Shown: positions 37,863 to 51,070, counted from the whole stretch's first letter. The stretch: 63,342 nt of DNA, filler included, from Octopus bimaculoides (GCF_001194135.2; 6 parts of 6 records of this genome joined end to end with filler, not necessarily neighbours in it), one strand, 5' to 3'. Numbers and translations: made by a program. The notes: generated by a model from the letters alone, not told the origin.

Positions 37863-38763
37863 TTAGAAAGTTCAGAGTAACAAGCCATTGGACGAAGCTA
37901 AATAAACCACTGCACTCCAAATTTGTATTGAATATTTCTCCTCCAGATTATTACTTAATGAAATATGTGTATTTTACATACTTTTTAATATCTCCTCTAA
38001 ATGTTTCATTTTATGTTTACTTCACTTTTATTGTCTTTCATTGCTTTTAATCTTGGAGAGGGAAGGATATGCATATGATTGTGTTTATGTCTTTTAAAAC
38101 AGTCATTTGTTATGTTGCATTAGGTTTTTTAGTTTTAACTTTGATATACTTTAGATGCTTGAACTGGTAAACAAAGACATTCTTAATTTTCTTTTATAGT
38201 AGTTTTATAGTTTATTCCTTTCATATTTCATTTTATAACTTTTTGATAATAAAGAAAAAAGAAGCCTCTCCTTTTTTTCAATGTCTGTATGTTTTGTCTT
38301 ATGCCTGGTTGCTTGTAACTTCTTCAACAAATAAAATAGTTACAACAGCATATAGCAGCCTTTAAACCCAGACATTAAAAGATCAGAGTGTTAAAAAATA
38401 ACCTAATGTTTGTTTTCTTGCTCTCAATCAATATAAGAAATAAATGATTAGTCTAATTACAAACAGAGAAGTTGAGGTACGATAAAGTGATGAGTCAAAA
38501 TTGGAGGTTTTATGTACCAACTCCACAGCTCTCAATCAACATACACCTACGACGTCTACAAAGCTAGTACATGTCTCTTTTGATCTTTGTAGTGATTATA
38601 ATGGTTGTGCACCAGTTTACTCAACAATTTTGATAATAATATCCACAGCTTTGATCTCACGAGCACATAATTTATTATTCATTTTAAATAGTGTTTGAGA
38701 CTGTTTTGGTAACATTATCCATGATAATAATAATTTGCTTCCCCTCTTTCTCTCTATGTGGGT

Positions 38764-38818
<55 letters not shown>

Positions 38819-39657
38819 GTGTCCATAAAGAACTGGAGTATCAATTAGATGTGTGTAGGGCAACAAATAAAAGCCACATCAAACTGTGCTAAACTGTACA
38901 TAAACTTTATTAGTTGGTCTCTTATTCAACATGTATGTGAAACATGTACTGTTGCAAGATAAGTTACATCAATAAATAGTTTTGAAATCCCACCATGACT
39001 TTAAAGACATGTTATATATGTGTATGTATGTATATATAATAAAAAGAAACAACGAAAGAACGAGACCTCAATATTTGGTAAATAGAGGATTATTCATATA
39101 TGTATAATGTAGGACAAACAGTAGTCATTATAGTACTCGGGGTTTCGAATGTCGGAGTGAAGAGCTGTGATGCATTCTTGTTGGCTGTTAATGGCAATAG
39201 ACGCTGTGAAAAACCATTGGATAAAAGAGAAGTTACTCTAATAGGTAGAGAAAAGAAAAAAGATAAAAGTACCCGGAACCATATTCTCACAATACATAGG
39301 CATAAACCTCCTGTGTTCATAACGTCTATATACATACACACTCACACAAACATGTATACGTACATGCACATACACACACAAACATATGTGCATGTACGTA
39401 TTCATGCATCCACACATATCCACACACACGTGTATATGTGTATGTATATNNNNNNNNNNNNNNNNNNNNNNNNNNNNNNNNNNNNNNNNNNNNNNNNNNN
39501 NNNNNNNNNNNNNNNNNNNNNNNNNNNNNNNNNNNNNNNNNNNNNNNNNNNNNNNNNNNNNNNNNNNNNNNNNNNNNNNNNNNNNNNNNNNNNNNNNNNN
39601 NNNNNNNNNNNNNNNNNNNNNNNNNNNNNNNNATATATATATATATATATATATATA

Positions 39658-40149
39658 CAGGGGTTGGAGAAAATAATGGAAACACCTACCATCATGGCAT
39701 CATAATTTTGAAATATCTATAAAACCGTCAAAAGCTTGTTTATTTTTATGCTTTTTGATTTATCATTAGCGTTGCTTAGTATGTTTTGCTAAAATTGCAG
39801 TTTCTTTTTAGATAAAGCTAACTAAAATTCGTTAAAATGACAGATCTATCGGACTTCCAAAGGGGTCAAATTGTTGGTGCTTGTATATAAAGCGCTAGCA
39901 TAACGAAATGTTGGGTGTATCAAGAAGTACTGTCTCAAAAGTAATGACAGCATTTGAGAAAGAGGGAAAAACCTCCTCGTCAAAACGAAACTCTGGAAGA
40001 AAACCAAAAACTTTCAGATAGGGACCATTGGAGTCTTACGTGAATTGTTAGAAAAGATTACAAAAGGACAGCTTCCAAAATTACTGCAGAGCTTAATGAC
40101 CACCTCGAGAACCCAGTTTCCACAAAAACGTTTCGCCAGGAGCTGCATG
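39658..40149 (+). pseudogene. 5' part of a Tc1-like transposon (DNA-binding domain, frameshifted)
   Basis: TA|caggggttggagaaaataatggaaacacc TIR; ATG 39837 MTDLSDFQRGQIVGA, then GVSRSTVSKVMTAFEKEGKTSSSKRNSGRKPK / SDRDH..L..IVRKD.KRTASKITAELNDHLENPVSTKT.RQELH (paired-like HTH plus second HTH). Confidence 0.85.
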
Positions 40150-40347
40150 TATTTTTTATCTTTTTTCTTTTTTTCTACCTATTATAGTAACTCCCCTTTT
40201 ATTCAATGGTTTTTTTTTTTCATAGCATCTATTGCCATTAATAACCAATGAGAATGCATCACAGCTCTTTGCTCCAACATTCGAAACTCCAAGTACTATA
40301 ATGACAACATAGTGTTTGTCCTAAATTATACGTACATACATATATAC

Positions 40348-40429
<82 letters not shown>

Positions 40430-40716
40430 TTATAAATTTAGGATTGCAAAGTAATCTTTATTACAGAGCATGAAATCTTAAGATACAGGATTATCTGAAA
40501 TTTTGTAAATCTTCTTGCTCATTACCTCGCATTCGACCTGGAGTTATAAACAGAGAACAAATTTAGAGTGGATTGTAAGTATTTGACATCTACTTCTAGC
40601 GTATAGGCAGTGGCATTCCAGCACCCTTAAAAATTAATTTTATACACACACACACTCAATCGTCATCATTTTTATGTTTGTTTTCCATGCTGACATGGGT
40701 TGGACATATGGTTTAA

Positions 40717-40932
40717 TCCTTTAGTATTCAAATCCACCATATCTGGCAAAAATATTCTGTTTTATCTTCAAACCAGCCAGATCCAGCCCCTTGCACCTAC
40801 CTTACAATGTCCTTCCAAAAATAAGCAATCGCTTTGCAAAAATCTTAAAGCTACCAGATAATGCTTGATTAATTCAAAACAATGTGAATAAATATGCATT
40901 TCACTTGACAGAATAAAATGAATAATAAAGGA
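40717..40932. mobile_element. piggyBac-type MITE nested in a minus-strand family C/D repeat
   Basis: TTAA at 40713-40716 and 40933-40936; homologous to 35841-36060; flanks read ttttccatgctgacatgggttggac ... gatgcccttcctaacaccaaccact. Confidence 0.7.
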
Positions 40933-41364
40933 TTAAGGCATTTCTTATTGGGAACGATTTCTCTCATAGACTGACTGGTGCTTGTGCACAAGCACATCAC
41001 AAGGTTTGGTTTATACAGCTTGATGCCCTTCCTAACACCAACCACTTTACAGAGAGGATTGGGTGCATTTATTTACAGTACCAACTTTAAGAGAGTTCAA
41101 TAAATCCTTGGTAGGTCAAGAATAAAGAGACCTCACAAAACTATGACCCTATACCTTCTGCACTCAAGAGTTAGAGAGAGCAATGACAGCAGCAAGGAGT
41201 GAAGTGGAGTGGGTTAAAGAAGCAAGAGTTTGGAGGGAAGAGTCAGAGTTAACGGTACATACATACAGGAGGGTGATGGTAATAGCAGAGGTGGACAGAG
41301 GCAGGAGGAGGTGATAGGATATTATCCTCATCAAAGTTTTAACACCAACTCTTCTATGCTTGCA

Positions 41365-41530
41365 TTCACTGAGGTAAATTTTCTATGGCCAGGTGCCTTT
41401 CTTATCACAACCCTCACCTGTTTCCAAGCAAAGTAATATTTCTCCCATAGCCAGGCAAGTTTCTACAGAATACTGGAAATGAATGGCACTGCTTGTATGA
41501 TAGTAACACTCATTTACAACTGACATATGA
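41365..41530 (-). mobile_element. Family D repeat
   Basis: caaccctcacctgtttccaagcaaagtaatatttc, reverse complement of 30595-30770 family. Confidence 0.65.
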
Positions 41531-42141
41531 TGTCGAAACAAGGAGACAAACACACACATACATACACATTCAGACATACAGGCACATAATGGGTGTCTTT
41601 CAGTTTCTGTATATCAAATCCACTCAAAGTTTTGGTAAACCCAGGACCATTGTAAAAAACACTGAGGCAATCCCAGACAGATTAAGATAAAAAAAGGTTA
41701 AAAGCAATTAAACACTATAATTTCAAATTTGATATCAAGTAATCAGGATTATTGTAGAAAGAATAAAAATTAAATTTTGTGATGTTTATGAATATTCTCA
41801 GGGTTTTATTAGAGGTATTGTATTTTTGGCAAGTTTCATGATCCTTTTTATATCCATTGATAAATGTCATTGAGAAAGAGATATCCTTTCACTATATAAT
41901 TGAATAGTTCACAAAATAGAATGTGCTATCTGTTTTAGTTTCAAAACAGATATGATAATCAAAGTGAACTCACCCACTTTTTTTGTAATCAGATGTTTCC
42001 ATTAGTAGGTGATTAACTTATTTGATTGGATGTAATGCACAAAATGAGTCATGACATTCATGCCTTTCAGCCGGAGTATGAGGTTAATTTAAATATTTCT
42101 TTTGCAAGATTCTTGAAGCGAAATCCTGTGTTGAAACAGAT

Positions 42142-42407
42142 GTTATACTGGGGATGGTCATATTTTGCCAATTAAACACATACGCTATTTATTTGGTCTT
42201 CACTTCAGCTTATTTCCGTTTTGTCAAAATGGAATAAACAGAACAAGAGGAAACATGTTGAACAAAGAGTCTCTGAAGAGGTCACAGGATGTGTGACGAA
42301 AGAATTTTGACAAAGAAACTAAAATAATAATAATAATAAAGCTGAACTGAAGACCAAATATATAGTGTGTGTTTAATTGGAAAAATATGGCATCCGCCAA
42401 ATACAAC
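42142..42407 (+). mobile_element. PLE-derived cassette: HHR motif between inverted repeats
   Basis: Arms 42142-42211 and 42339-42407 are inverted; HHR-like 42269-42311; same family as 20250-20380. Confidence 0.65.
42269..42311 (+). ncRNA. Degenerate minimal type I hammerhead
   Basis: CTGAAGA (42273-42279), stem II GTCACA-GGATG-TGTGAC, GAAA (42298-42301), G-AA-U stem III, weak stem I GTCT/TGAC. Confidence 0.55.
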
Positions 42408-43084
42408 AATATGATGTGAATTATTTTCATGGATCATATGTTTCAAAGGAAGATAATCTTTCTACTACACAGACTGGACTGAGGCAATTGTTCTGCTATA
42501 GAGTAGGAAAAATCCCCCAAATATATTAGATGACTATCATATGGTGTGGACTACCAGAATGTAGAAGAATCAAACTTTCACTTGTAATACTATTGTGGAA
42601 GGGGGAAATGAAGAAAAGGTGTGAAGCTAAGGAGCCAGTGAGTAAAGAAAAATTTGGAAATCACTTGGTAAAATGTTCTAAAGATCTGCATAACTAATTA
42701 ATTCTTATATTTATTTATTTAATAATTCAGTCAGCACTAAAATCAAATTTTTATCACAGGAAGCCTGTTATTTCATTTTAATTACTAGTTGTGGTTAGTT
42801 CACTTCACTTTATATTGTTAACAAAGTGATATGGTTGAGTGAATCACAGTACAAACAGCTGCCAACCCAGGAGTCAGAAGTTCAAATCTACTGCACATAT
42901 CTTATTTTTTTTCTGCGCAAAACAATTCTACCTTTAAGACAGAGAGGATGACATGCATGGTCACTCAACTTGCAAGAAATAAATGCCAGATCTCCCAGTT
43001 ACTCTCACAGTTACATTGGGTGATGGAGTTCTTAGATATACTGTCTATTATTTGTTTCAGTCACTGAACTATGGCCATGCCATG

Positions 43085-43380
43085 ACAAACACCTCAGCAC
43101 TTATTTTTTAAAGCTTGGTACTATTCTATTGATTTCTTTTGCTGAACCACCAAGTTTCAGAGGATGTGATCAAACCAACACCAGTTGTCAAGCAGTAGTG
43201 GGGGACAAACACATACATACATGATGGGCTTCTACAGTTTCCATCTATTGTATCCACTTGCAAGACTTTGGTCAGCCCAGGGCTATAGGGGAAGACATTT
43301 GCCAAGGTTCCACACAGTGAGACTGAACCTAAGACCATATGATCAGGAAGCAAGCTTCTTAACCACACAGCCATGCAACT
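43085..43380 (-). mobile_element. Composite family B SINE
   Basis: Tail 43085-43210 and head 43220-43380 in reverse orientation. Confidence 0.75.
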
Positions 43381-43809
43381 TCACCAATGTCCAAAACAAA
43401 CAAACACAAAAAAAGAAAGAAGAGATGAAAAGGTCATGGTTGGAATGTTTCTGACTATAAGTCAGCTAGATCAGAGCTGACCTGGAGCTAGACAACAGGT
43501 CAGCATTGTTTTAGCTTTCCTAGCGGTGGGAAATAGTTACCAAGTTTTACAGAGATAATTACCTGCTATAACCACTAATTGATAGCAGTGGGCTTGGTTA
43601 ACATGAGTTATTTGCTATTGACTAATTATTTGTCACCACACTTTAATTTTTTTTTGATTTTTATCATTTTTTTTTTCTTTCTTTTTGTAAACAGAATTTC
43701 TTAATTTTTTACATCCAGTTTTCTTTATGAATACATGAAACTAAAGTCGGCAATAATTGCATCTTTTACTACATGTCAAGCATCAGGTGACAGCTATATG
43801 TTGTGTGTT

Positions 43810-43995
43810 TTATCTCTTACTAGTTTCAGTAATTAGAGTGCGACCATGCTGGGGCATCACTTTAAAGAACTTTTATTAGTTGAATGAATCGATCCCAGTA
43901 CTTATTTTTTTTAATCCTGATACTTGTTCTATCAGTCTCTCTTGCTAAATTGCTAAGTTACAAGGACATAAACACACCAACACCAATTGTCAAGA
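43810..43995 (-). mobile_element. Family B tail module
   Basis: gtttcagtaattagagtgcgaccatgctgggg...gctaagttacaaggacataaacacacc. Confidence 0.7.
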
Positions 43996-44129
43996 TACGT
44001 ATATAATATCTATCATCATCATCATCATCATTTAGCATCTCCATTCCATGCTGATGTGGGTTTGACAGTTTGACTGAAACTGGTAGGCCAGAGAGCTTAA
44101 TATGTGTGTGTATACACACACACACACAC

Positions 44130-44290
44130 ACATAACGAGCCTCTTTCAATTTCCATCTACCAAATCCACTCACAAGGCTTTGGTCAACCCAAAACTATAA
44201 TAGAAGATCCTTGCCCAAGGTGCCACACAATGAGACTGAACCCAGAACCATGGGGTTGGAAAGTAAACCTCTTAGCACACAGTCATGCCT
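44130..44290 (-). mobile_element. Family B SINE head
   Basis: tttccatctaccaaatccactcacaaggctttggtc...gactgaaccc. Confidence 0.8.
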
Positions 44291-45404
44291 TATATATAAA
44301 AACAAAATGCAGCTACTTGAGCCAACCAATGTGGATATGTCTACATATTAACTTGAGCTACAAGAAATAGCAGTCAAATCTTGTTAAAAATTAAGAAGTT
44401 TTGATAAGAAAAAATTTCTTTTTTTAAAGATTAGAGAAATGATTTGTCAATAGCAAATTGGTCACCCAAGCCCACTACCCTGCCCACACAGAATATATAA
44501 AAAATATGTCATGAGTAATTTTTTTCACATTTGCAATTTAGCACTAGGTCAACCTTGAGCAGAGCTTATGATCAGAGGCATTTTAGTCATGATCAACCAA
44601 TACAAGTTTTTGTTTGAGCAGAGTTTATTCTGGACTACATTGGCCAATGTGTCCTTAAAAAAAAAAATAGTAGTAGGCTGCTTCTAGCAGGAGGAATAAG
44701 CTCATTTTTCATTTCTGAGTTTGGAACAATGTCTTCAATGTTAGCAAGGTCACACCTGACTGAAGGTTATGGATCAATGGGGAAAGTTAAGGTAGTTAAA
44801 AGGGAAATATAAGCAAGAGAGAAATATCAACAAGATGAGGCATAGACATGATTGTGATGGTTCTTTCACAATCACATGGTTTTAGGTTCCATCTCACTTT
44901 ACTTGGAAAACAAAGTTGTTGACAGCAAGGGCACTTCACCATCGAGCATTGCCTCAATAACTTTCGTCCAATTTATACCAGCATCGGAAATCAGATGTAA
45001 GAATGAAATGGTGACAACAACGACATAGTTCTGGAGAGGAAACAGAGTGAGGGGGAAAATGGTTTATGTATGCAGTTTTCAGAGGACAAAATAAAACGGG
45101 AAACACAAGAAAAAAAACCCACAACAGTATTTTGACAGTTCAGGTGGGGATGTAAATGCTAATGTGGAGTAGCATAGTATTCATAGAGTAAGGTCTTAGG
45201 TCCAATGAATTATTCCTAAATGTTTGATTGGCTAACCTCCTCTACTCATGTCAATTAACAATGTCATTTGATGATTATATTTTCACCAAAAGTATTTAGG
45301 CAATTTTTGTTCCACAAGCATTTTTTGTTGGATGAGATAAAAACTGAAAACCAACCCATCAGACACACACATATGAAAAAGCAAAAAATATACTCTTTTT
45401 TCTT

Positions 45405-45790
45405 TTTACTCTTTTATTTGTTTCAGTCATTTGACTGTGGCCATGCTGGAGCACCACCTTTAGTCAAGCAAATCAACCCCAGGACTTATTCTTTGTAAGC
45501 CTAGTACTTATTCTATCGCACTCTCTTTTGTCGAGCCGCTAAGTTACAGGGGCGTAAACACACCAGCATCGGTTGTCAAGTGATGTTGGGGGGGGGGGGG
45601 CAAACACAGACACACAAACATATACACACACACACACACATATATATATATACATATATACGACGGGCTTCTTTCAGTTTCCGTCTACCAAATCCACTCA
45701 CAAGGATTTGATCGGCCCGAAGCTATAGTGGAAGACACTTGCCCAAGATGCCACACAGTGGGACTGAACCTGGAACCATGTGGTTCGAAA
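45405..45790 (-). mobile_element. Composite family B SINE, young copy
   Basis: Tail 45405-45610, (CA/TA)n linker, head 45660-45790. Confidence 0.85.
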
Positions 45791-47388
45791 GCATTAAATT
45801 TTATTAAATTTTATTTGTGACTGTGTAAACACACACACACACACACACACAACTGTGATGCCTGTCTACTGTGTTCCGAAAGAAGTATCAAGATCATTAT
45901 GGAGATAAAGCATTGAAATATAAAAATGAAGTGGCCAAATTAAGCACTGCAAGAGCCTGTTTGCTGAAACTTGATGTAGCTCACAATATCCGTAGCCTTG
46001 CTCCATCCAAGAAATACTTCTATGTTTAAGACCATAACTGATATCCACACTTAAGTGAAAAATATGTCATAACTTTCCGACTGGGTTACTCAAGCACCAC
46101 TGAAGTTTGTCTTTACGTAGTGTTTGACAAGGCTAGATGTGCAGAGTGTTTCCTCTCTCTCCAATGCTTGGATTCATAGGTACAAGCAAGTCAATGCAAA
46201 AGCTGGCTAGATGTGAGATGTAAGCACCGTTTCAACAACTAATAGAGCCAGACCAGATGTGAAATGAGGGACCAATTTCAACTGCTGTTAGGAAGAGCAT
46301 CCAGCCATAAAAACCATACCAAAATAGACGGTGAAGCCTGATGAAGTCTTATGGTTTGCCAGCTCCTGTGCAACCATCCAACCCATTTCCAGCATGGAAA
46401 TATATCTCACACCTTTTTACCTCAGGAGAGAATCTTTCTCCATGGTAACTGCAGTTTATTTGCCTTTAGCAGTTGAAATATATGACAAACATATTTCAAC
46501 TAACCTAAATATATATATGAAAAAGGATAAAGAACACAATACACAGCCTGATCTGGGAATTGAAATCACTACTTCATGCTTTGGTTGCAAGCCTGGTGCT
46601 CACACCACTAGGCCATGCACCTTCACACACACACAAATGCAGAACAGAATGAAAGGACTCTCCCCAGACACAACAGAGAATGAAAGGAGTTATAAGAAAA
46701 GTAATTCTTCACCAAAAGGTCACCTCTTTACCTCTAACATGGAGGAGATTTAGATCCCCTCAAAATTGTAGGCCCTCATTAACTGGCCGACTTGTCGCAC
46801 TGACCTGCTGCTGCTCTGGCCTGAGTGAATGAGCAAATAAAGTGAAATTACTTTGTTAATTCAATGTAACACCCAGACTTTGCCTATTAAAAGCTTACTG
46901 CCATTATAGTATTCATTAAAAGCAAAAAATAACAAAGATACTTTTATGTAGCTGGCTACAAATGAGCAACAAGTTGAACATAATTGTGGGACTTGACTAA
47001 TCTTTGTTTAGTGCACAATGGAAGGCAAAGGAGATTTTGGTAAATAAAATCTGAATTTATAGTTCTAGCATGAGAAAATAGCAAGTTCAAACAAAATAGT
47101 ATGCCCTAACAAAAACTTATTTGTTGGTACATATAAAAAGGAATCCATGACTGAACAATAATTTTCTCTTTGACAATACAACACTGACATAGTTATCGTT
47201 TAATAACATATCAGCCATTGTTATGTGTGAGGGTCAGAGAGCATAGCTACAGCTTTGGCTATGGTACTCTTGGGCGTAAGAGATGTAACCGGAGGAACAG
47301 AGACTTGCTTCTTGTTAAATTAAAAAAGAAAAAAAAACTATATGGATCTGCTTCCAGAGAGGTGGACCAGACCATAGAGAACCACAAA

Positions 47389-47598
47389 GGCATACTGAAA
47401 TGCTCCTGGCTTTAAGGGTATTGCGAAAGGCCTAGCTGGAGGCCCAACCTTCCAACTTCTTTTACAGGCCTTAGAAAAACTGAAGGTCCACTGCAATAAG
47501 TGTGTGAATCTGAGAGGGGAATATGTTGAATAAAATCATAATTAACTAATACTCCTGTACTTTCTTTTACCCAAAGCCAGGAACTTTGCAGCACCTCC
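47389..47598. mobile_element. Mariner-derived MITE (second copy; partial third at 51559-51625)
   Basis: Homologous to 28333-28546; right TIR aaagccaggaactttgcagcacc. Confidence 0.75.
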
Positions 47599-47944
47599 TT
47601 AAGTGCCTTGGCTATCAAAACCTGTTGCACAGCATTAATAAAAGGCTACAGATCAATGACAGTAGTGGCAGGTTATTCAGTTACCCAATTATTTACCCAT
47701 TACTGATTCAGCCATCCAGAGCTCAGAGCATTACATACCAATAGAGAACCACTTAAATCAACATTGTTTAGAATATTAACAAATGCGAAATGAGGTGAAA
47801 CCATATAACTGGACTGCTGGCTTGAGGGTTCAGACTTTAAACCTACAACAGATTTTCTAGGATGTTCCTGTTACCCTAGCTGAGAGGATATGGATACTAA
47901 ATCGTAGGGAGGAGGGACTAGGTTTTCTTTTACCTTTCGCTTGT

Positions 47945-48110
47945 TTCTGGTTGTGGCTATGTTGGGGCACCACTTTGAAGAGTTAAGTCAAACAAATTGA
48001 CCCCAGTACTTATTTTTAAAGTCTGATACTCTTCTGTCAGTTTTTTTTGTTGAACTACTAAGTTATGGAGATGTAAACAAACCAACACTAGTTGTAAAGA
48101 AGTGGGGGAT
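47945..48110 (-). mobile_element. Family B tail module
   Basis: tgtggctatgttggggcaccac...aaattgaccccagtactt...ctaagttatggagatgtaaac. Confidence 0.7.
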
Positions 48111-48171
48111 GTGGAAACAAAGATATATACACAGACATATGTATGTTTGCATGCAGGTATAGGTGCAGGTG

Positions 48172-48537
48172 TGACTGTGTGGTAAGAAGCTTGCTTCCAA
48201 ACCATATGGTTTGGGGTTCAGTCCCACTGCATGGCACCTTGGGCAAGTGTCTTCTACTCTGGCCTTGAGCTGACCAAAGCCTTATGAGTGGATTTTGTAG
48301 ATGGAAACTGAAAGAAGCCCATTGTATATATGTGTGTGTTTGTTTGTCCCCCATCACTATTTGACAACTAGTGTTGGCGTGTTTACATCCCCATAACTTG
48401 GTTGTTTGGCAAAAGAGACTAATAAAATAAGTACTAGGCTTAAAAAATAAGTTCTGAGGTTGATTTGTTCAGCTAAAATCCTTCAAGGCGGTGCTCCAAT
48501 GTGGCCACAGTCAAGTGAGTGAAACAAGTAAAAGAAT
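48172..48537 (+). mobile_element. Composite family B SINE
   Basis: Head 48172-48322, short linker, tail 48340-48537. Confidence 0.85.
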
Positions 48538-49515
48538 ATATATAAATAACGAATTATCAGAAATAGATACTAGATTATCTGGGCAAAACACTTTATTCAC
48601 TGGATTCTTTTCTTTTTAGAGTTGAGTGCCATTATTTGAGAGATATTAATTTACATCTAGATGACACGCTAATTTGCTTGGACAATGTTCTTCAACTATT
48701 TTTTTCTCAATAACATGCCATAGATCTTAATTTATGAGACGTCCAAGTTTCATATATCATGACACCTTTAAATATTTTCTTTTAATATTTTTATGGCATT
48801 TATTACAACAATGCTTTATTTCATCAAGATTACTCTTATAAATTTACATTGCAGTTGTGTTTAGCAATATAAGGTACAATACTAAGGTGTTATAACATAC
48901 TTGTTAACAAAAAAGAGATGAAATAAAATAATAACAGTTACCAAATAAAGACTGCTTCGAGAAGATGTTTCCAGGAGAATAGAGTGGTAACCATCACTGT
49001 TGATATCTTAGTAAGTGTTGGACTGATACCAACAGGAGGCATTTGCATCAACTTCAAAACTAATACTGACTTGACACAAGATTGAGAAAATGAACAGTTG
49101 ATCTACATAACACCAGAATGCAAGTATGGAGAATAATGGATGGAAATAATGATGTCATAGGGACAGAAATAGTTTAACATGACAGTTTGATGAAAATACT
49201 GGGTTTATAGAGAGGACCAGTACTTAATTTTAATATTTTTAGCACCCAGTAAATCTAAGAGTCATCACCTCATTGAAGAGCTGCTACTCTATCTCAGGTT
49301 ACTCTCCTAGATGATGTGATAATTTCTGAGGGATTGCTAATTGAGAGCTGTTTATCGGAACAAAGTTTCTTGCTCTGATAATTTGGTACCTATTTCTGAT
49401 AAAAATTAACTACTTGTAGGGACACCGTATTTCGTTATGCAATCATAATATACTACAAAGTATATGCAACATTTTATAAGTCAATACTGTGTTAGCAGTG
49501 CTATTAAATCACATG

Positions 49516-49916
49516 TTAAGGTTTTCTCTACAGATTTTTCCATAGAAATTATAGCCAACACTGATTTGTTACAATGTTTCGTATCCAAATAAATCTAATA
49601 TAAACAATGTAATTGAAGCTGATAATGTACATATCAATATGTACCAGCTGCTAGGAGTTTGTTTAATATGTAAAAGTGGTATAGCCAATAATGTGACACT
49701 GCTATATTTAGTGGCTATTTAAGCAATGAGTTTGTGGATGGTTAATGGGTTGGATTACTGATGAAGGAGCAAGAACTCCTGAAATATGGCATATACGCCC
49801 ATTAACTATTTTTCCATCTTAAATCATATTGTTTACATTAGACATATTTGGATATGTAATTTAACAAACCAATGCTGGCTATAATTTCTGTAGAAAATCT
49901 GTAGAGAAAACCTTAA
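49516..49916 (+). mobile_element. PLE-like cassette: HHR motif between about 100 bp inverted repeats
   Basis: Arms 49516-49618 and 49818-49916 inverted; HHR 49741-49806 abuts the right arm. Confidence 0.65.
49741..49806 (+). ncRNA. Type I hammerhead-like motif with extended stem I
   Basis: CTGATGA (49758-49764), perfect stem II AGGAG-caagaa-CTCCT, GAAA (49781-49784), near-palindromic stem III ATATG-G-CATAT, distal stem I GTTAATGGG/CCCATTAAC; proximal stem I poorly paired. Confidence 0.6.
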
Positions 49917-50914
49917 AAAGGGATTTTTGATGAATAGCTGAACTATGGCACTGAATAAAGTGTCTTGATCTGGTATCAATTTCTGATAGATAAAAGAACA
50001 AGGGCTCATTAAATGAAGAGTACTATTCAGATAAATGGGTACCTAGTTTTGATTGTTGAATAAAATGCCATGTCCAGATGATCTGGTACCTATTTCTAAC
50101 AAAAAGATGAACCAAGACTCAAAGAATAAACTTGCCTTTGCCAGGAACACAACAAAATGCTTCAAGCAAATTTGAACTCACAAACTATGACTAGGTCAGC
50201 CAGTCCACTAGGTCATTTCACCTATGGTGGTAATAGCAAATTATTTTTGAACTCTTAGCCTTCACCTCAATAGTCCAGCACCCATACTATTGTTTTTACA
50301 CCTTATCACTTTTTCAACACAAATTTTTACACATTTACAAGTCTTTTTGTTATGTTTCGTTTTCTTTCTTTTTGCCTTTTCTCTATCTGTATATCTATTT
50401 CCTTACTGTGCAAACTGAGCTTGAAATACCATAGTACTAAGTTACTACTAGTAACCAAACAACAACTATCTTCAGTGGGAACTAAACATAATGTTTGTCA
50501 ACTTTTGCATTTTCAAAACACAACACACCCTTCAGATAAAAAAAGAAAATAACACAAAGAACGTAAAATATGATAAATATAACACAGTATGGTTACAGTT
50601 AAATAGAAACTTCTTATAGAAACTATTTTTAGCAGCTATGTCATAACACCACACGGTCTAATTGTAATGAATTAAAATTAAATTTCAAACTGAGATTGCA
50701 TGTGATATATTGATTATTTCCACTTTTGCCTCTGACTAATATGTAGAAACAGATGGCACCTCTCACTTGAAAGGTTTTCTTCAAATTTGGATAAGAAAAA
50801 GTTTGTTTTAATCTAACTAGTTTTGCTGTAGTCAGAAGAAGATCAGGAAAATATGTTGTGAAACCGAGTCAAAGGGAAACCAAAGCCTAACACTTCTGAA
50901 ATGAAACAAATAAC

Positions 50915-51070
50915 AATTATTTCTAGCGTGGGGAAAGAGATTAGAATTTTGAAGGGGAAGAATAAGATCAACTGAATCAACCCAACACATGACTGGTACT
51001 TATTTTATTAACCCCCAACCCTTTAGAAATGAGAGACAAAATTGAGTCAAAAAGATTGTAACTCAGAATG
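50915..51070 (-). mobile_element. Diverged family A SINE
   Basis: gactggtacttattttattaacccc...aactcagaatgta. Confidence 0.6.
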
